Positions 11,814 through 23,645 of a stretch of 52,106 nucleotides of DNA are shown here, piece by piece (position 1 is the stretch's first letter; every line of letters starts with the position of its first letter). The stretch is from assembly GCA_963733195.1 (NCBI GenBank), contig CAVTCR010000066.1, forward strand, positions 1-52,106, given 5' to 3'. Both the position numbers and the translations under genes were made by a program. The stretch is from an uncultured delta proteobacterium. Its GTDB lineage: Bacteria > Desulfobacterota > Binatia > Bin18. The notes under the pieces are model-generated. The model saw nothing but the letters and a program-made list of their open reading frames with translations. It was not told the DNA's origin and made no database searches.

Positions 11814-12575
11814 CTACTGCGCAACCATCCCCCCATCGACCGCCATCGGTAAGCCGGTCACGAAGGACGCCGCCTCAGAACAGAGCCACACCACTGCTTC
11901 GCCAATCTCTGCGGGTTGCGCTAAACGACCGACCGGCTCCACTGCCGCCGCGGCTTCGGCAAACTGCGGATTGTTGCCAAACACGCGTCTCACCATCGGG
12001 GTATCGACCCCGCCCGGACACACCGAATTGATGCGAATGCCTGACTTGGCGTATTCCAGCGCCGCGGTCTTGGTCAACCCATTGACTCCATGTTTGGCCG
12101 CCGTGTAGGCGGACAGCCCTTGCACTCCCACCAACCCTGCCGCCGACGCGGTATTCACAATCGCGCCACTGCCTTGCTTGAGCATCTGTGGGATTTCATA
12201 CTTCATGCACAGCCATACGCCTTTCAGATTGATACTGATGACTCGATCCCACATCGCTTCGTCATATTCACTCGTCGGCTGCAGTGCACCCTCAATGCCG
12301 GCGTTATTAAACGCGCAGTCCAGTCGACCATAGGTATCCACGGCTCTTTTGACCATCGCTTCGACCTCAGCGGGTCGCGAGACATCGGTTTTGACAAATA
12401 TCGCATCGCCACCCGCAGCCTTGATCAATCGCACGGTTTCCTCGCCGCCTTCGACAAGCACATCAGCCACGACCACCTTGGCGCCTTCGCGGGCAAAAAT
12501 CTGCGCGGTGGCTTGGCCTATGCCTGAACTGCCACCAGTCACTAAGGCAACTTTTCCGTCGAGTCGTCCTGCCAT
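11814..12575 (-). CDS. Short-chain dehydrogenase/reductase
   Basis: TGGSSGIG, NNAG, YTAAK, VCPGGVDT, VDGG. Confidence 0.95.
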   Translation of the reverse strand: MAGRLDGKVALVTGGSSGIGQATAQIFAREGAKVVVADVLVEGGEETVRLIKAAGGDAIFVKTDVSRPAEVEAMVKRAVDTYGRLDCAFNNAGIEGALQPTSEYDEAMWDRVISINLKGVWLCMKYEIPQMLKQGSGAIVNTASAAGLVGVQGLSAYTAAKHGVNGLTKTAALEYAKSGIRINSVCPGGVDTPMVRRVFGNNPQFAEAAAAVEPVGRLAQPAEIGEAVVWLCSEAASFVTGLPMAVDGGMVAQ

Positions 12576-12780
12576 GAGATTCCTCCTTTGCTTACGCTGT
12601 CCCGCTACTGATACAGAGCATGAGACTCAACATCACACTGTGAGTCGGACACTCAGTCTCTGCCTTCGAAACTGAAGATTACCAGATTGAGCGGACTAAC
12701 TCAGTATCAAGGTATGCTGTTCCCTTGATGATTCTCCTATTCTCGGCCTGTACGGCATAGCAGTCTCACCAGCCTCCCCT

Positions 12781-13686
12781 TTATGCACGTGTCGCATTTG
12801 CAGCCGGCATCTTATACGCCGCTAAGGAGGCTCTGATATCCACAGCCGTCGCCGGTTCACCTCCGGCCTTCTGAATCGCATTTACTGCCGCATCGACCAG
12901 CTCGATATTCTTGCGTGAAGAGTGGAACGGTGCGTCTTCCAGCCCAACCCGCACGTGTCCCCCTAACGCCACAATTGTCGGGATCAACGGCAGAACATCT
13001 ACTGCCAGACCCGCCGCCATCCACGGAGACCCAGGAGCTACGGACTCTAGCAATTTGACATACGCCTCCAACGCCCACGGTTGCGGGGGAAAACTAAAAG
13101 TGAAGGCCGAGGAGAACATGAAGCGATAAATCGGCACCGGCGCTGTTGGCTGTTTGCGGTGCAACGTTGCTCCCTGACGGACAAACCCCGGCTCATAGCA
13201 CGCATACGCCGGGTGATATTTATGCTTTGCCGCCAGTTCAATCCCTAACTCTAGCGCGCCGTTGGGATTGCTATACACTCCGCCATCACTACCGAACAAC
13301 GGCGGTGCACCGGTATCAGAGAGATAGAAGTTACACGATCCTGGATCGAGAAATCCCCATTCACACAATCCTCGCTTCACCAGTTCCACGGTCGTGGCGT
13401 AGCGGGCGTTCCACTCGTCCGGCAAGGGAATCGGTGCTGCGGTCGGGTAGACGATGGCATCGACCTGGGAGCGAATCCCACCGATAAAAGCGATGCAGTT
13501 TTCCAGGTTATTGTTTTGCTTGCCGGTATCGGGTTCCAGGGTATGGGCATGAATCACGCCTGCCCCGGCTTTGATACACGCCACCCCTTCGTTGATAATC
13601 TCCTGCGCAGTGACTGGAATGTTTGGTTGCAGCTTGCGGGTCCAGGCGCCGTTGAGCGCGACTTCAATCCAGGTTTTCTTCGCCAT
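12781..13686 (-). CDS. BKACE / DUF849 beta-keto-acid cleavage family protein
   Basis: EVALNG, AGAGVIHAH, GGHVRVGLED...NIELV. Confidence 0.88.
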   Translation of the reverse strand: MAKKTWIEVALNGAWTRKLQPNIPVTAQEIINEGVACIKAGAGVIHAHTLEPDTGKQNNNLENCIAFIGGIRSQVDAIVYPTAAPIPLPDEWNARYATTVELVKRGLCEWGFLDPGSCNFYLSDTGAPPLFGSDGGVYSNPNGALELGIELAAKHKYHPAYACYEPGFVRQGATLHRKQPTAPVPIYRFMFSSAFTFSFPPQPWALEAYVKLLESVAPGSPWMAAGLAVDVLPLIPTIVALGGHVRVGLEDAPFHSSRKNIELVDAAVNAIQKAGGEPATAVDIRASLAAYKMPAANATRA

Positions 13687-13699
13687 ACATGAGCCCTCC

Positions 13700-14195
13700 T
13701 TTCAACGTTGACGAACATGTTCTCCTCTTGCTATGCCGTTTGCGTCCGTTCTCTGAACTGGTCAGTTCCACGACTGTCGCGTCAGGATCTTCAAAACACA
13801 CGATGAGTGATTGTCCACCGCGGTATTTAATGGTCAACGGTTCAGAGTAGAACTCCACACCCTTGCTTTTCAGTTCCTCGTAATCTTTCCAAATGTTCTT
13901 GGAGTACAGGCAAACGCGAGCAATGCCGGTGTGGGTGAGACGCTCGTAAGGCTTCCCTTCCGTTTTCGGGTCCAGCCATTCAATCAAGTCGATATGACAC
14001 GAGCGGGGATCGTCTCCCTAGTTGTAGAAGCTTCCCCCGTCCGCGTGCGCCAGCGAGCTTCAGTCTTGCCATCTGTGGTCCTGAGCGCTCACCGAAATCA
14101 ACAACCTCTTTGAACCCCAGCATCTTGTAGAAGGCAAACGAACGCTCGAAGTTCGTACAGTTAATATTGATGTGGTAGATACTAGTGATGTTCAT
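13700..14195 (-). CDS. VOC/glyoxalase family protein (frameshifted; 3' end approximate)
   Basis: MNITSIYHININCTNFERSFAFYKMLGF ... IDLIEW ... TGIARVCL ... CFEDPDATVVEL. Confidence 0.75.
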
Positions 14196-14343
14196 CAAAA
14201 ACTCCTTTCCTCTCAACCTTGATACCGGCTCACGGCAGAAGGGCGGATGCTGAGAACTTTGCGATACAGTTGTTTCCGAAGTCCGCAGTACCCAGCGTAT
14301 GAAATGCGCAGCAGGCTCACTCACAAATGCCTACGACAGAACC

Positions 14344-15535
14344 TCACACCGTAATCACTGCACTCAGTACGCTTGTATGATATTGCACCGAATTCCTATT
14401 TGCTGTTGGAGTCAGTTTGATGATAAACCCGTCAGGTAACTCCCGCTTCCCTGCAATAAAGTCACCATTAATATCTGTCACCCATAGTGATCCATCAACC
14501 ACCAACATGCCAGCCGGATTGACGAAGCCGCTGGCCACAAGGTGTGGTTTTCCGTCGTCGCCCACGCGATACACTTTGCCATCGGTCTGCAGCGCTTGGG
14601 TCATTGGGACAGGCGCTTGGATATTCGCCACGTCTGCCACAAAGATCTGGCCTCCGTACGCTCCAAAACTAGCTGGGGCAATCATAATGCCTATAGGCTG
14701 TGAAAATCCCTGGACAACAGGTTTCTCATCAACTTTGCCGGTCAGACGAGACACGGACGATTATGCCACTGCCTTCGGTTGGCGGGTCGAGGATACCGCC
14801 TTTTTTGAGCGTGACCAGCATGGATTTTCCATCCGCGGAAAACGCGAGTGCCATGGGCGCACCTGTGACTGCCCCGTCAAACGTCACAAATGGCGAACAG
14901 GTATTGTCAGCAGTCACCTGGTAGATCGTGTTGTTAAACGCAGCAACCGCAAAAAAGCGATCGGCAAACTCGCTCCCAGCGGGACCGAACTGGGCATCCA
15001 CCCCAAAGCCACTCACACCTTTATTGGTTTTGCCCGTTTCCTTGAGCGTGCAGACAACCGTAGCATTACCCTGCGACTTGGGGTCGATCCGTTGAATCAC
15101 ATGATTCGCGGTTGCGCCTGGTGCTGCCACCTTAGCCTGAGCAATAGAGTAGATGTGGCCGGCAAATGCGCCGAAGCTGGCTGGCGCAACGTCATAGCCT
15201 GTGACCGGCAGTAGGCGTCCGAGACCAATTAACTCTGATATTTTTCCTTCTTTACTGATCGAAACAATACGACTGCCTTTTTCGCCTTCTTCTCCACCGT
15301 CATCGTTGAGCCATATCGAATCTCCCTGTAAGTGCAGCCACAGCGGGTCATAAAACTCGCCAGGAGGGACGAGCATGTCGGCGCGAAAGCCCTCCACAGT
15401 TTTGATAGTAGGTGCGGCCATCAAGCGCTCAAGCAGACCTTTCACCTCTTCCGCAGCAAAAACCTGCGTACTGAGCCCGCCCAACCCCAAAATCGTAGTA
15501 GCCAAACAGCACGCATGTCGTAGAAATTTTCTCAT
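14344..15535 (-). CDS. Secreted protein, probable beta-propeller (frameshift near 14745)
   Basis: Signal peptide (MRKFLRHA...VFA-AEE), repeated APASFGA segments, beta-rich repeats; ORFs 14729..15535 and 14344..14754 join. Confidence 0.6.
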
Positions 15536-15545
15536 GCTCTCCCTC

Positions 15546-16427
15546 TTACCGACGACGCAAGAATTCCACTATTTTCGCATTCACTTCTTTCGGACGCTCA
15601 AGATGTGGGAAATGGCCGGTTCCTGGCAGGATGACCTTTTCGAGCCCGGCGGCAAAAAACTCGTCCATCCGTTCGAACGCTTCAAGTCGCCCTGGGCGGT
15701 CTTTCGTCCCATGCAGCGCCAACGCTGGTACGGGCGTGGATGTCGTGGCAACTTGTTTTTGCAGAGCTGCCAAGGCGGGGTCGTGGTTCGCCGGGTTCAT
15801 GGTGTGGCGATAGTAAGTAATCGCTGCGGTAGCAACGCCCGGCTGACGGAACGTTTCCTTGACGCTTTCCATCACTTCATGTGGAATCTCGTACTCTGGC
15901 GACGCATCACGCCACCATCTCTCGATGAATTCGTAATCGTTCGCTGAAACTGCTTGCTCGGCAAAGGGCATCTGGAAGAAATAGGCATGCCATCCGCCTT
16001 TGATCATGTCATAGTTCGTTGCCAGCGCGCCTAGTAGGGTCGCAGGGTGAGCGGCGGCAATGGTCACAATGCTCCGTACGTGCTCAGGTGCCAACACGGC
16101 AGCGCCGTACGTCGCCAGCGCCCCCCAATCGTGTCCAACCACATCCGCCCTCTCCACACCAAGCGCGGCAATCAATGCCACGGCATCCTGGGCTAACAGG
16201 ACGGACTGATAACGTTCGTCCTTCGGGCGGCCAGTCGGCGTATAGCCACGCATGAACGGCGCGACGACGCGGAATCCTGCGTCGGCCAGCGCAGGGCCCA
16301 AGTAACGGTAGGTAAAGGCGTTATCTGGGAACCCATGTAAACAAAGAACAAGAGGCCCGGTTCCAATGTCGAGATAGTGAAAATCAATGCCGTTGGCTTG
16401 GATGTGACCTTGACGGAAGCCGTTCAT
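15546..16427 (-). CDS. Alpha/beta hydrolase, epoxide-hydrolase-like
   Basis: LHGFP, MRGY, GHDWG nucleophile Asp, GHFPHLE. Confidence 0.9.
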   Translation of the reverse strand: MNGFRQGHIQANGIDFHYLDIGTGPLVLCLHGFPDNAFTYRYLGPALADAGFRVVAPFMRGYTPTGRPKDERYQSVLLAQDAVALIAALGVERADVVGHDWGALATYGAAVLAPEHVRSIVTIAAAHPATLLGALATNYDMIKGGWHAYFFQMPFAEQAVSANDYEFIERWWRDASPEYEIPHEVMESVKETFRQPGVATAAITYYRHTMNPANHDPALAALQKQVATTSTPVPALALHGTKDRPGRLEAFERMDEFFAAGLEKVILPGTGHFPHLERPKEVNAKIVEFLRRR

Positions 16428-16501
16428 GCGCCCTCCCTTTTCACAATGCGTCCTGCTGCCTATTAGTTAGTCATGTTGATTCTGAGGGGTGGACGAGGTG
16501 G

Positions 16502-16616
16502 CGTCATTCCCGCGAAAGCGGGAATCCAGGGAGGTTCACATGCAGCTTCTGCTTGAAATTTCTGGATGCCCAGCTCCCCTGCGAGGCCCAGGCGCAAGCT
16601 GTCGCGGGCATGACGG
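16502..16616. repeat. Pair of inverted REP-like units
   Basis: CGTCATTCCCGCGAAAGCGGGAATCCAG (16502-16529) and opposing CTGGATGCCC...CGCGGGCATGACG. Confidence 0.7.
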
Positions 16617-16648
16617 AAACGAGCCCTCAAATTCAGAGTGGCTAACCA

Positions 16649-17836
16649 CTAGTGCGCTACGCGTTTCGCCTCGTCCGCCGCCGTAGGACCCGTCACTTTG
16701 TACAGCTTCTGCCCATTCCCCCACAGAATCTTGCGCCGTACCGATTCCTCACAATCTGACAGCCCACCCTTGATCCGCGCGTGCACTTCCTCCCCGTATA
16801 ACGAGGTCGGATGCGGAAAGTCCGTCTCAAACAGAATGTTGTCCACTCCCACCTTGTCAATCAGCCGCCGCGGCGCCGTCTGCTCAAACCAGTAACACGC
16901 ATACACGTTGCGCGCGAAGTACTCCGAGGGCAACAGGTCAAACTCCGGATGCTCCTCGGCCACATCATTGCCCCGGAACTGGTAATCCAACGCTTCAAGG
17001 ACAAACGGAATCCAGCCAATCCCACTCTCCACCGAGATGAACTTAATCTTCGGATAGCGGGCCAATACCCCCGACATAATCAAGTCATTCATCTGAATGC
17101 CGTTCCGCAGGAAGATATCCACCGACAACTCGGTAAACGCGGCCATCTTGCCATACGCAGCGATCTTGGTTTGCAATAATCCCATCTCCATATTGCCTGA
17201 GCCAATATGGAAGCTGATCGGCAGGTCAAGCTCGCAGGCTACCTCCCACAACGGATTCCACTGGGGATCACCCAGTAACGGCTGGCCAAAGGATTGGGGC
17301 TCGCCGGTGAACAGGATGCCCTTATGACCCTTAGCGGCACAGCGCCGTACTTCCTTTACTGCGGCTGCCACATCCCAAAACGGCAGCGAGGTGATCGGTA
17401 GTAAACGACGGGAATCGGCTGATGCCCACTCGGTTTGCCAATCGTTGTAGATTTGCACACAGGTCAGCATCAGTTCAGGGTCATTCAACTTCAGGAATTG
17501 CTGGGCGCCAAAGCCACCGACGTTGGGATACATGACCATCGCCCAGATACCCATTTTGTCCATGTATTTGAGGCGCGCCTTGGCGTCGTACGCCCCAGGG
17601 TGCATCTCCTCAAAGGTCTTAGGCGGATTCTTCATATTCCCCACCCCGGCAGTGGCGGTCAGCCCGGGACTGGCGATCAGGCCCCCTCCCCCTCCTACGA
17701 CCCACGATAGGCTCCCATCGCCCGTAGTTTCAATCCGCGGTACCTGGTCGCGCATCCGCGCTGGCGCGCGACTGGTCCACAGGTCTGGACTCTCGGTCAC
17801 ATGGGTATCGACATCAATGATTGTGTAGCCACTCAT
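16649..17836 (-). CDS. Amidohydrolase family protein (Amidohydro_2)
   Basis: IDVDTHVTE, SFHIG, ESGIGW, FETDFPHP. Confidence 0.92.
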   Translation of the reverse strand: MSGYTIIDVDTHVTESPDLWTSRAPARMRDQVPRIETTGDGSLSWVVGGGGGLIASPGLTATAGVGNMKNPPKTFEEMHPGAYDAKARLKYMDKMGIWAMVMYPNVGGFGAQQFLKLNDPELMLTCVQIYNDWQTEWASADSRRLLPITSLPFWDVAAAVKEVRRCAAKGHKGILFTGEPQSFGQPLLGDPQWNPLWEVACELDLPISFHIGSGNMEMGLLQTKIAAYGKMAAFTELSVDIFLRNGIQMNDLIMSGVLARYPKIKFISVESGIGWIPFVLEALDYQFRGNDVAEEHPEFDLLPSEYFARNVYACYWFEQTAPRRLIDKVGVDNILFETDFPHPTSLYGEEVHARIKGGLSDCEESVRRKILWGNGQKLYKVTGPTAADEAKRVAH

Positions 17837-18256
17837 ATCTGTAGTCCTCCTTACAATTGTTTATGGAATGTTAACTCTCTCACTGGCGGTGAAAATAATA
17901 ACTCGGCAATTCTTTCAATTTCATCCCACGCGTCGCAGGCGACCTCGCCCTTTTCCAGCGCATCATCGATCGAGTTGGGCTGGCTGTCAACCGCAAACCG
18001 CCACGGCACCGGCGTGAGGCAGAGCAAAAGCTCAAGAGGGGAGAAACAGGAAAACGAACCTTTCGGGGATTGGAATGAACCTGAAAGGCTACGGTCTCGG
18101 CGGCAACCCATGACGGCGAGTAGCGATATCCAAACAATGCCAACACGCAAATGGGAGTCTGTAAGATATTGAACAATCATGATATTCGGGTAAACCAGTC
18201 CAAGAGGAGTACTCTCATGATAGTACTCCTGTCAGGAGAATACAGAGAAGACTAGT

Positions 18257-19415
18257 ATGAAACTATCCGGGATTCGGGTACTTGATCTCTCGCGCTTCCT
18301 CCCTGGGCCGTACCTCACCATGCTGATGGCCGATCATGGGGCCGAGGTGATCAAGATCGAGAGCCACCAGGGCGAGCCAACCCGCCAGCTCGGCCCTCCG
18401 ATTGCCGGACACCCTGTTTATTTCCGTAACACGCAGCGCGGGAAGCTCAGCCTCACCCTCAATCTCAAACACGACGAGGGACGAGAAGATCTTCCTCCGT
18501 CTCGCCGCACAGTCCGACGTCCTTGTCGAGTCGTTCCGCCCGGGTGTCATGGACCGTCTCGGGCTTGGGTATCAGGCGGTGCAAGAGCAGGCGCCGGGCA
18601 TCATCTACTGTTCGCTGTCGGCGTTCGGGCAGACGGGCCCACTCAGCCAGCGACCCTCGCATGACCTTGGCGCTCAGGCCCTCACCGGTGTGCTGAGCCT
18701 CAGCCAGGCTCCTGGCGGTGCTCCTACCTTCCCGACTCTGCCCATGGCCGATATCGCCCTGGGATCAAGCGCGCTGATCGGCATTCTCATGGCGCTCCTC
18801 CGCCGCGAGCGAACGGGGCAGGGAGAGTACCTCGATGTGGCAATGACCGATGCGCTGCTGTCCTGGACCCCACACATTCTGAGCAGTGTGCTGGCTGAAG
18901 GTCGCCCCCCTGATCTGAGCCAGGAACGCCTCCACGGTGGCGCGGCCTTCTACAACATCTACCGGACGGCCGATGGCGGACACCTTGTCCTCTCGGGTGC
19001 AGAGATGAACTTTGTCGAGAACCTCTTGACGGCACTGGGGCGACCGGACCTTATTCCCCTCTGCCGGGAGCCCTGGGGTCCGGCCCAGGATCCGGTCAAG
19101 CACTTCTTGGCCGAGACCTTTGCGACGAGAACCCGGGACGAATGGGACGAATGGCTTGCCGAGAAAGGCGTGTGCTATGCGCCGGTCCTTGATCTCCAAG
19201 AGGCCTGGCAGGGGGAGCAGCTGCGCGCCCGCGAGATGATCGTGCGCGGGCCAGATGGCGTTGAGCATCTGGGCACCCCGGTGAAGTTCGTGAATGAACC
19301 CGGACGCCCGTCGGAGACCATCCCCCGGTTAGGGGAACATACGGAGCTGATCCTCGAACGCCTCGGCTATGACGAGGACGAACGCCAGCGCCTGAAGCGA
19401 GCCGGCGTGTGCTGA
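18257..19415 (+). CDS. Family III CoA-transferase (CaiB/BaiF), frameshift near 18485
   Basis: LSGIRVLDLSRFLPGPYLTMLMADHGAEVIKIE; ESFRPGVMDRLGLGY; SHD catalytic Asp; PRLGEHT. Confidence 0.92.
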
Positions 19416-19570
19416 GCAGATGGGAGTGCGATCCTAGTAGTGCTCTCGGGAAGTGCGGCGCGTCAAACGAGGTAACTTTAGAAAGTGTGGAGTGGAAACG
19501 TGAGCTGAGCGGCATATTCTCTTGGGTGACCATAATCGCCTGGACTGAATGCCCAGTTATGGAGGCTGGT

Positions 19571-19892
19571 ACCCAAAACCGTTGAGCGACTGGCGCATGA
19601 TTGGGAACGGCTGGTAACATTCTATCAGTTCCCCCACGAACACTGGGTACACTTGCGCACGAGCAATGTGATTGAATCCCCCTTCGCCACCGTACGGCTC
19701 CGCACCACGGCGGCCAAACGCTTCGAGAAGGTCGAGAATGCGATGGTGTTGATTTGGGAAATCCTATGTATGGCCGAGTCGACCTTCTGCAGACTCAAAG
19801 GAGCGGAGGTGCTGCCCGCCGTGTATGCCGGTGCGCTATATGTCAATGGTGTACCATGGATAGTAACAACTCAGCAGCGTCTTGCCGCCTGA
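19571..19892 (+). pseudogene. IS256-family transposase C-terminal fragment
   Basis: DWERLVTFYQFPHEHWVHLRTSNVIESPFATVRLRT, the IS256 C-terminal signature; no N-terminus. Confidence 0.8.
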
Positions 19893-19991
19893 GTCCAACG
19901 AAACTGCGTGTTCATTGCTCCGCCACGCCACGCCCGATACAGTGCCCTAGACACCGTCTGCGGCACAGGGAGAAGCAGCGAGGAATCCATT

Positions 19992-22900
19992 ATGAGGTTT
20001 TCCGACATCATTGAACAGGCCAAAGCACTACTCCAGCGGCAGGGCCGGATCACTTACCGCACCCTCAAGCGGGAGTTCGAGCTGGAGGACGAGGCGCTGG
20101 AAGACTTGAAGTTCGAACTCATCGAAGGGCAAGAGCTGGCGGTTGATAAAGACGGCAAAATGCTGGTGTGGAAGGGAGCTGAGGGGACTCCCTTAGCTCC
20201 GAGCAGCACGCCTTCACCCTCTCCAGCCTCCCGCTAGTTATACACCGCCTCACCTCGCCGAGCGCATTCGGGCTGAGCAGGCAGCGATGGAAGCACGTGG
20301 CACAACCGACGGTGAGCGCAAAACCATCACCGCCCTCTTTGCTGACCTCAAAGGCTCGACGGCATTGATTGAAGGACTTGATCCCGAAGAAGCCACGAGC
20401 GATTATTGATCCGGCACTCCAACTAATGATGGATGCCGTGCATCGCTATGAGGGCTATGTGGCGCAAGCACTGGGCGATGGCATCTTTGCCTTGTTCGGT
20501 GCGCCGATTGCGCATGAGGATCATCCCCAACGAGCGCTGTATGCAGCGCTGCGCATGCAAGACGAGATGCGCCGCTATGGCGATACGTTACGCCACAAAG
20601 GGTATCCGCCGCTGCTGATGCGGGTCGGGGTGAACACCGGGGAAGTGGTCGTGCGCTCGATTCGCAAAGATGATCTCCATACCGATTATGTTCCGGTGGG
20701 GCACTCCACTAATCTGGCGGCGCGCATGGAACAACTGGCCGCGCCGGGTTCCATTCTTGTCACCGCGCATACCCACCGACTGACGGATGGCTATTTTGCG
20801 TTCAAGGATTTGGGGCAGACCCAGATCAAAGGGGTCGAGGAGCCGCTCAAGGTCTACGAAGTGCTGGGGGCGGGGCCGCTGCGCACCAAACTGCAAGTCG
20901 CAATGCAGACGCGGTCTTACGCGCTTTGTCGGTCGCCAAAGCGAAATGGACCAGCTGCAGCGGGCGCTAGAGCACGCAAAGCCGGCCATGGCCAGATCGT
21001 GGGCGTGATGGGTGAGCCCGGGTTGGGCAAGTCCCGGCTCGTTCTATGAGTTCAAGCTGACCTCACAGAGCGGTTGCTTGGTCCTGGAAGCGTTTTCTGT
21101 TTCGCATGGCAAAGCCTCGCCCTATCTGCCGCTTATCGAACTGCTCAAGGGTTACTTTCAGATTCAGCCTCAGGATGAGGAACGGACACGCAAGGAGAAA
21201 ATGGCGGGGAAAGTGCTCACCCTCGACCGCAGCCTGGAAGACATCTTGCCCTATCTCTTTTCCCTGCTCGGGCATCGAAGATCCAGACTCGTCACTGCAA
21301 CAGATGGACGCGCAGATTCGGCGGCGCCGCACCTTGGAGGCGCTCAAGAAGCTGTTCCTGCGCGAGAGTCTCAACCAGCCGTTGATCCTCATCTTTGAAG
21401 ACTTGCATTGGATCGATAGCGAGACCCAAGGGTTTCTCGACACGCTGAGTGAGAGTGTCGCCAGCCAAACTCCTGCTGCTCGTGAACTATCGTCCCGAGT
21501 ATCGGCACGAGTGGGGACAGAAAACCTACTATACGCAGCTCCGCCTTGCCCCCTTAGGGAAAGCCGAAGCCGAAGAATTCTTGAGCGCTTCCTGTTGGGC
21601 GAATGACACACGCCTCTCAAGCCCTCAAGCAGCTGATCCTGGAGAAGACCGAAGGCACGCCGTTCTTTCATGGAAGAGGTGGTGCAGACATTAGTTGAGG
21701 AAGGGGTGCTCAGGGGCGAGCGTGGCCACTATCGCCTGGAGAGGACGCCGACCGCACTGCATATTTCCCCGACGGTCCAAGGGGTGTTAGCGGCCCGCAT
21801 CGATAGACTGGCGACGGACGAGAAAGAGCTCCTCCAACAGTTAGCGGTCATTGGGCGGGTATTTCCACTGAGCCTGGTGAAGCACGTCATCATTCGACCT
21901 GAGGAGGAGTTGTACAGGTTGTTATCTTCCCTGCAGCGCAAAGAGTTTCTCTACGAACAGCCCGCGTTGCCAGAGGTGGAGTATCTCTTCAAGCATGCCC
22001 TCACGCAGGAAGTGGCCTACGGCACGGTGCTCCACGACCGACGCAAGGAACTCCATGAGCGAACCGGCCAGGCGATCGAAGACTGTACACCGACGACCTA
22101 GAGGCCCATTACAGTGAGCTGGCGCATCATTATCAGCTGAGCGGGACTGCAGGGAAGGCAGTCGAATATCTGCATCTGGCTGGGCAACAAGCCATGCAGC
22201 GGGCGTCCTATGCCGAAGCTGTCCGTCACGAGACCGCCGCCTTAGAGCTGCTCAAGGGTCTACCCGACACGCCCGCGCGCCGCCAGCAAGAACTCACTCT
22301 GCAACTCGCGCTGGGCGTGCTGCTACGGACCGTAACGGCTTTGCCGCCCCCGAAGTGGAAAGAGCCTACACCCGGGCACGGGAGCTGTGCCGGCAGGGGG
22401 AGGAGACGCTCCAACTCGTTCTCGGCGCTGCAGGGGCTGTGGCAGTTTAATATTCTGCGGGCAGAGTTGCAGACGGCGCGTGAACTGGGAGAGCAGCTCC
22501 TCAGCCTCGCCCAGCGTGTCCAGGCGCCTGAGCTTTTCCCCGAAGCCCACCGGGCAGTGGGAGAAGCTTTGCTCTGGCTCGGCGACCTTCCCACGGCCCG
22601 CGCGCACTTGGAGCAGGGGATTGCCTGTTATGAGCCCCTGCAGGACCGCTCCCACCTCTTTCTCTACGGGCTCGACTCTGGCGTGACGTGCCGCGTCTTT
22701 GCGGCCCAGGCCTTATGGTTGCTGGGCTATCCCGACCAAGCGCTGCAGCGGATGCACGAGGCCCTGACGCTCGCTCAGGAGCTGGCTCATCCCCTCAGTA
22801 TGGTTTTCGCTCTGATCTTTGCGCCCTGGTCTGCGATACCCCGCCAGGAGGTGCAGCTGACCCAAGAGCGGGCAGAGGCAGCAATAGCGCTCTGCACGGA

Positions 22901-23460
22901 GCACGGGTTCGGTGAGTTCTGGTTGGCTCAGGCAAACGTCTGGCGAGGGCTGGGCACTGGCCGAGCAGGGACAGCAAGAGGAAGGGCATCTCCTGATGCG
23001 CCATGGCATGGCCGCTTTTCGTGCCGCGGGGGCAGAGATAGAGCGACAGTATTGGCTTGCCTTACTGGCCGAGGTGTATGCGAAAATGGGGCAGCACGAG
23101 CAGGGGCGTCACGCGCTCGCGGAGGCCGGGCTATAGTGGACAAAACTGGCGAACGCTTCTGGGAAGCTGAGCTCCACCGGCTGGAGGGGGAACTGACGCT
23201 GCAGTCCGAGAGCCAAGAGTCTAGAGTCTCGCATTCCAGAGGCCGAGGCATGTTTCCACAAGGCTATTGAGATTGCCCGCAAGCAGCAGGCGAAATCTCT
23301 GGAACTCCGCGCTGCGACGAGCCTTGCCCGGCTGTGGCAGCAGCAAGGCAAGCAGAAAGAAGCTCACCAGCTGTTATCCGAGATCTACAACTGGTTCACC
23401 GAAGGGTTTGACACCAAAGATTTGCAAGAGGCGAAGGCGTTGTTGGAGGAGTTGACCTGA
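19992..23460 (+). CDS. Class III adenylate/guanylate cyclase - AAA ATPase - TPR protein (many frameshifts)
   Basis: ERKTITALFADLKGST, LGDGIFALFGAP, NLAARME, Walker A GEPGLGKS, FEDLHWID, FKHALTQEVAY, C-terminal ELRAATSLARLW...FTEGFDTKDL. Confidence 0.88.
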
Positions 23461-23645
23461 AGCAGACCATTGTCATCCAAGAACATATCGCTGCCTGTTT
23501 CTTTTTCCACACCTATTGCAAAGGCCTCCGTCAAATCCCTGCTTGCTCAAGACGTTTTGCTGCTCTCTTTTCTTGCCAGCCTTATTTGGATAGCACCACC
23601 GAAAAATAGATAGTCGCCGGAGTGAAGGCCGCTACGCCAGCGTTG

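Noticed and set aside
17851-18180. 109-aa and overlapping ORFs between the amidohydrolase and CoA-transferase
   Set aside because: No motifs, atypical composition; probably a divergent promoter region
19992-23460. Cyclase-AAA-TPR gene as a novel defence NTPase
   Set aside because: Widespread known architecture; here it lies among catabolic genes outside the island
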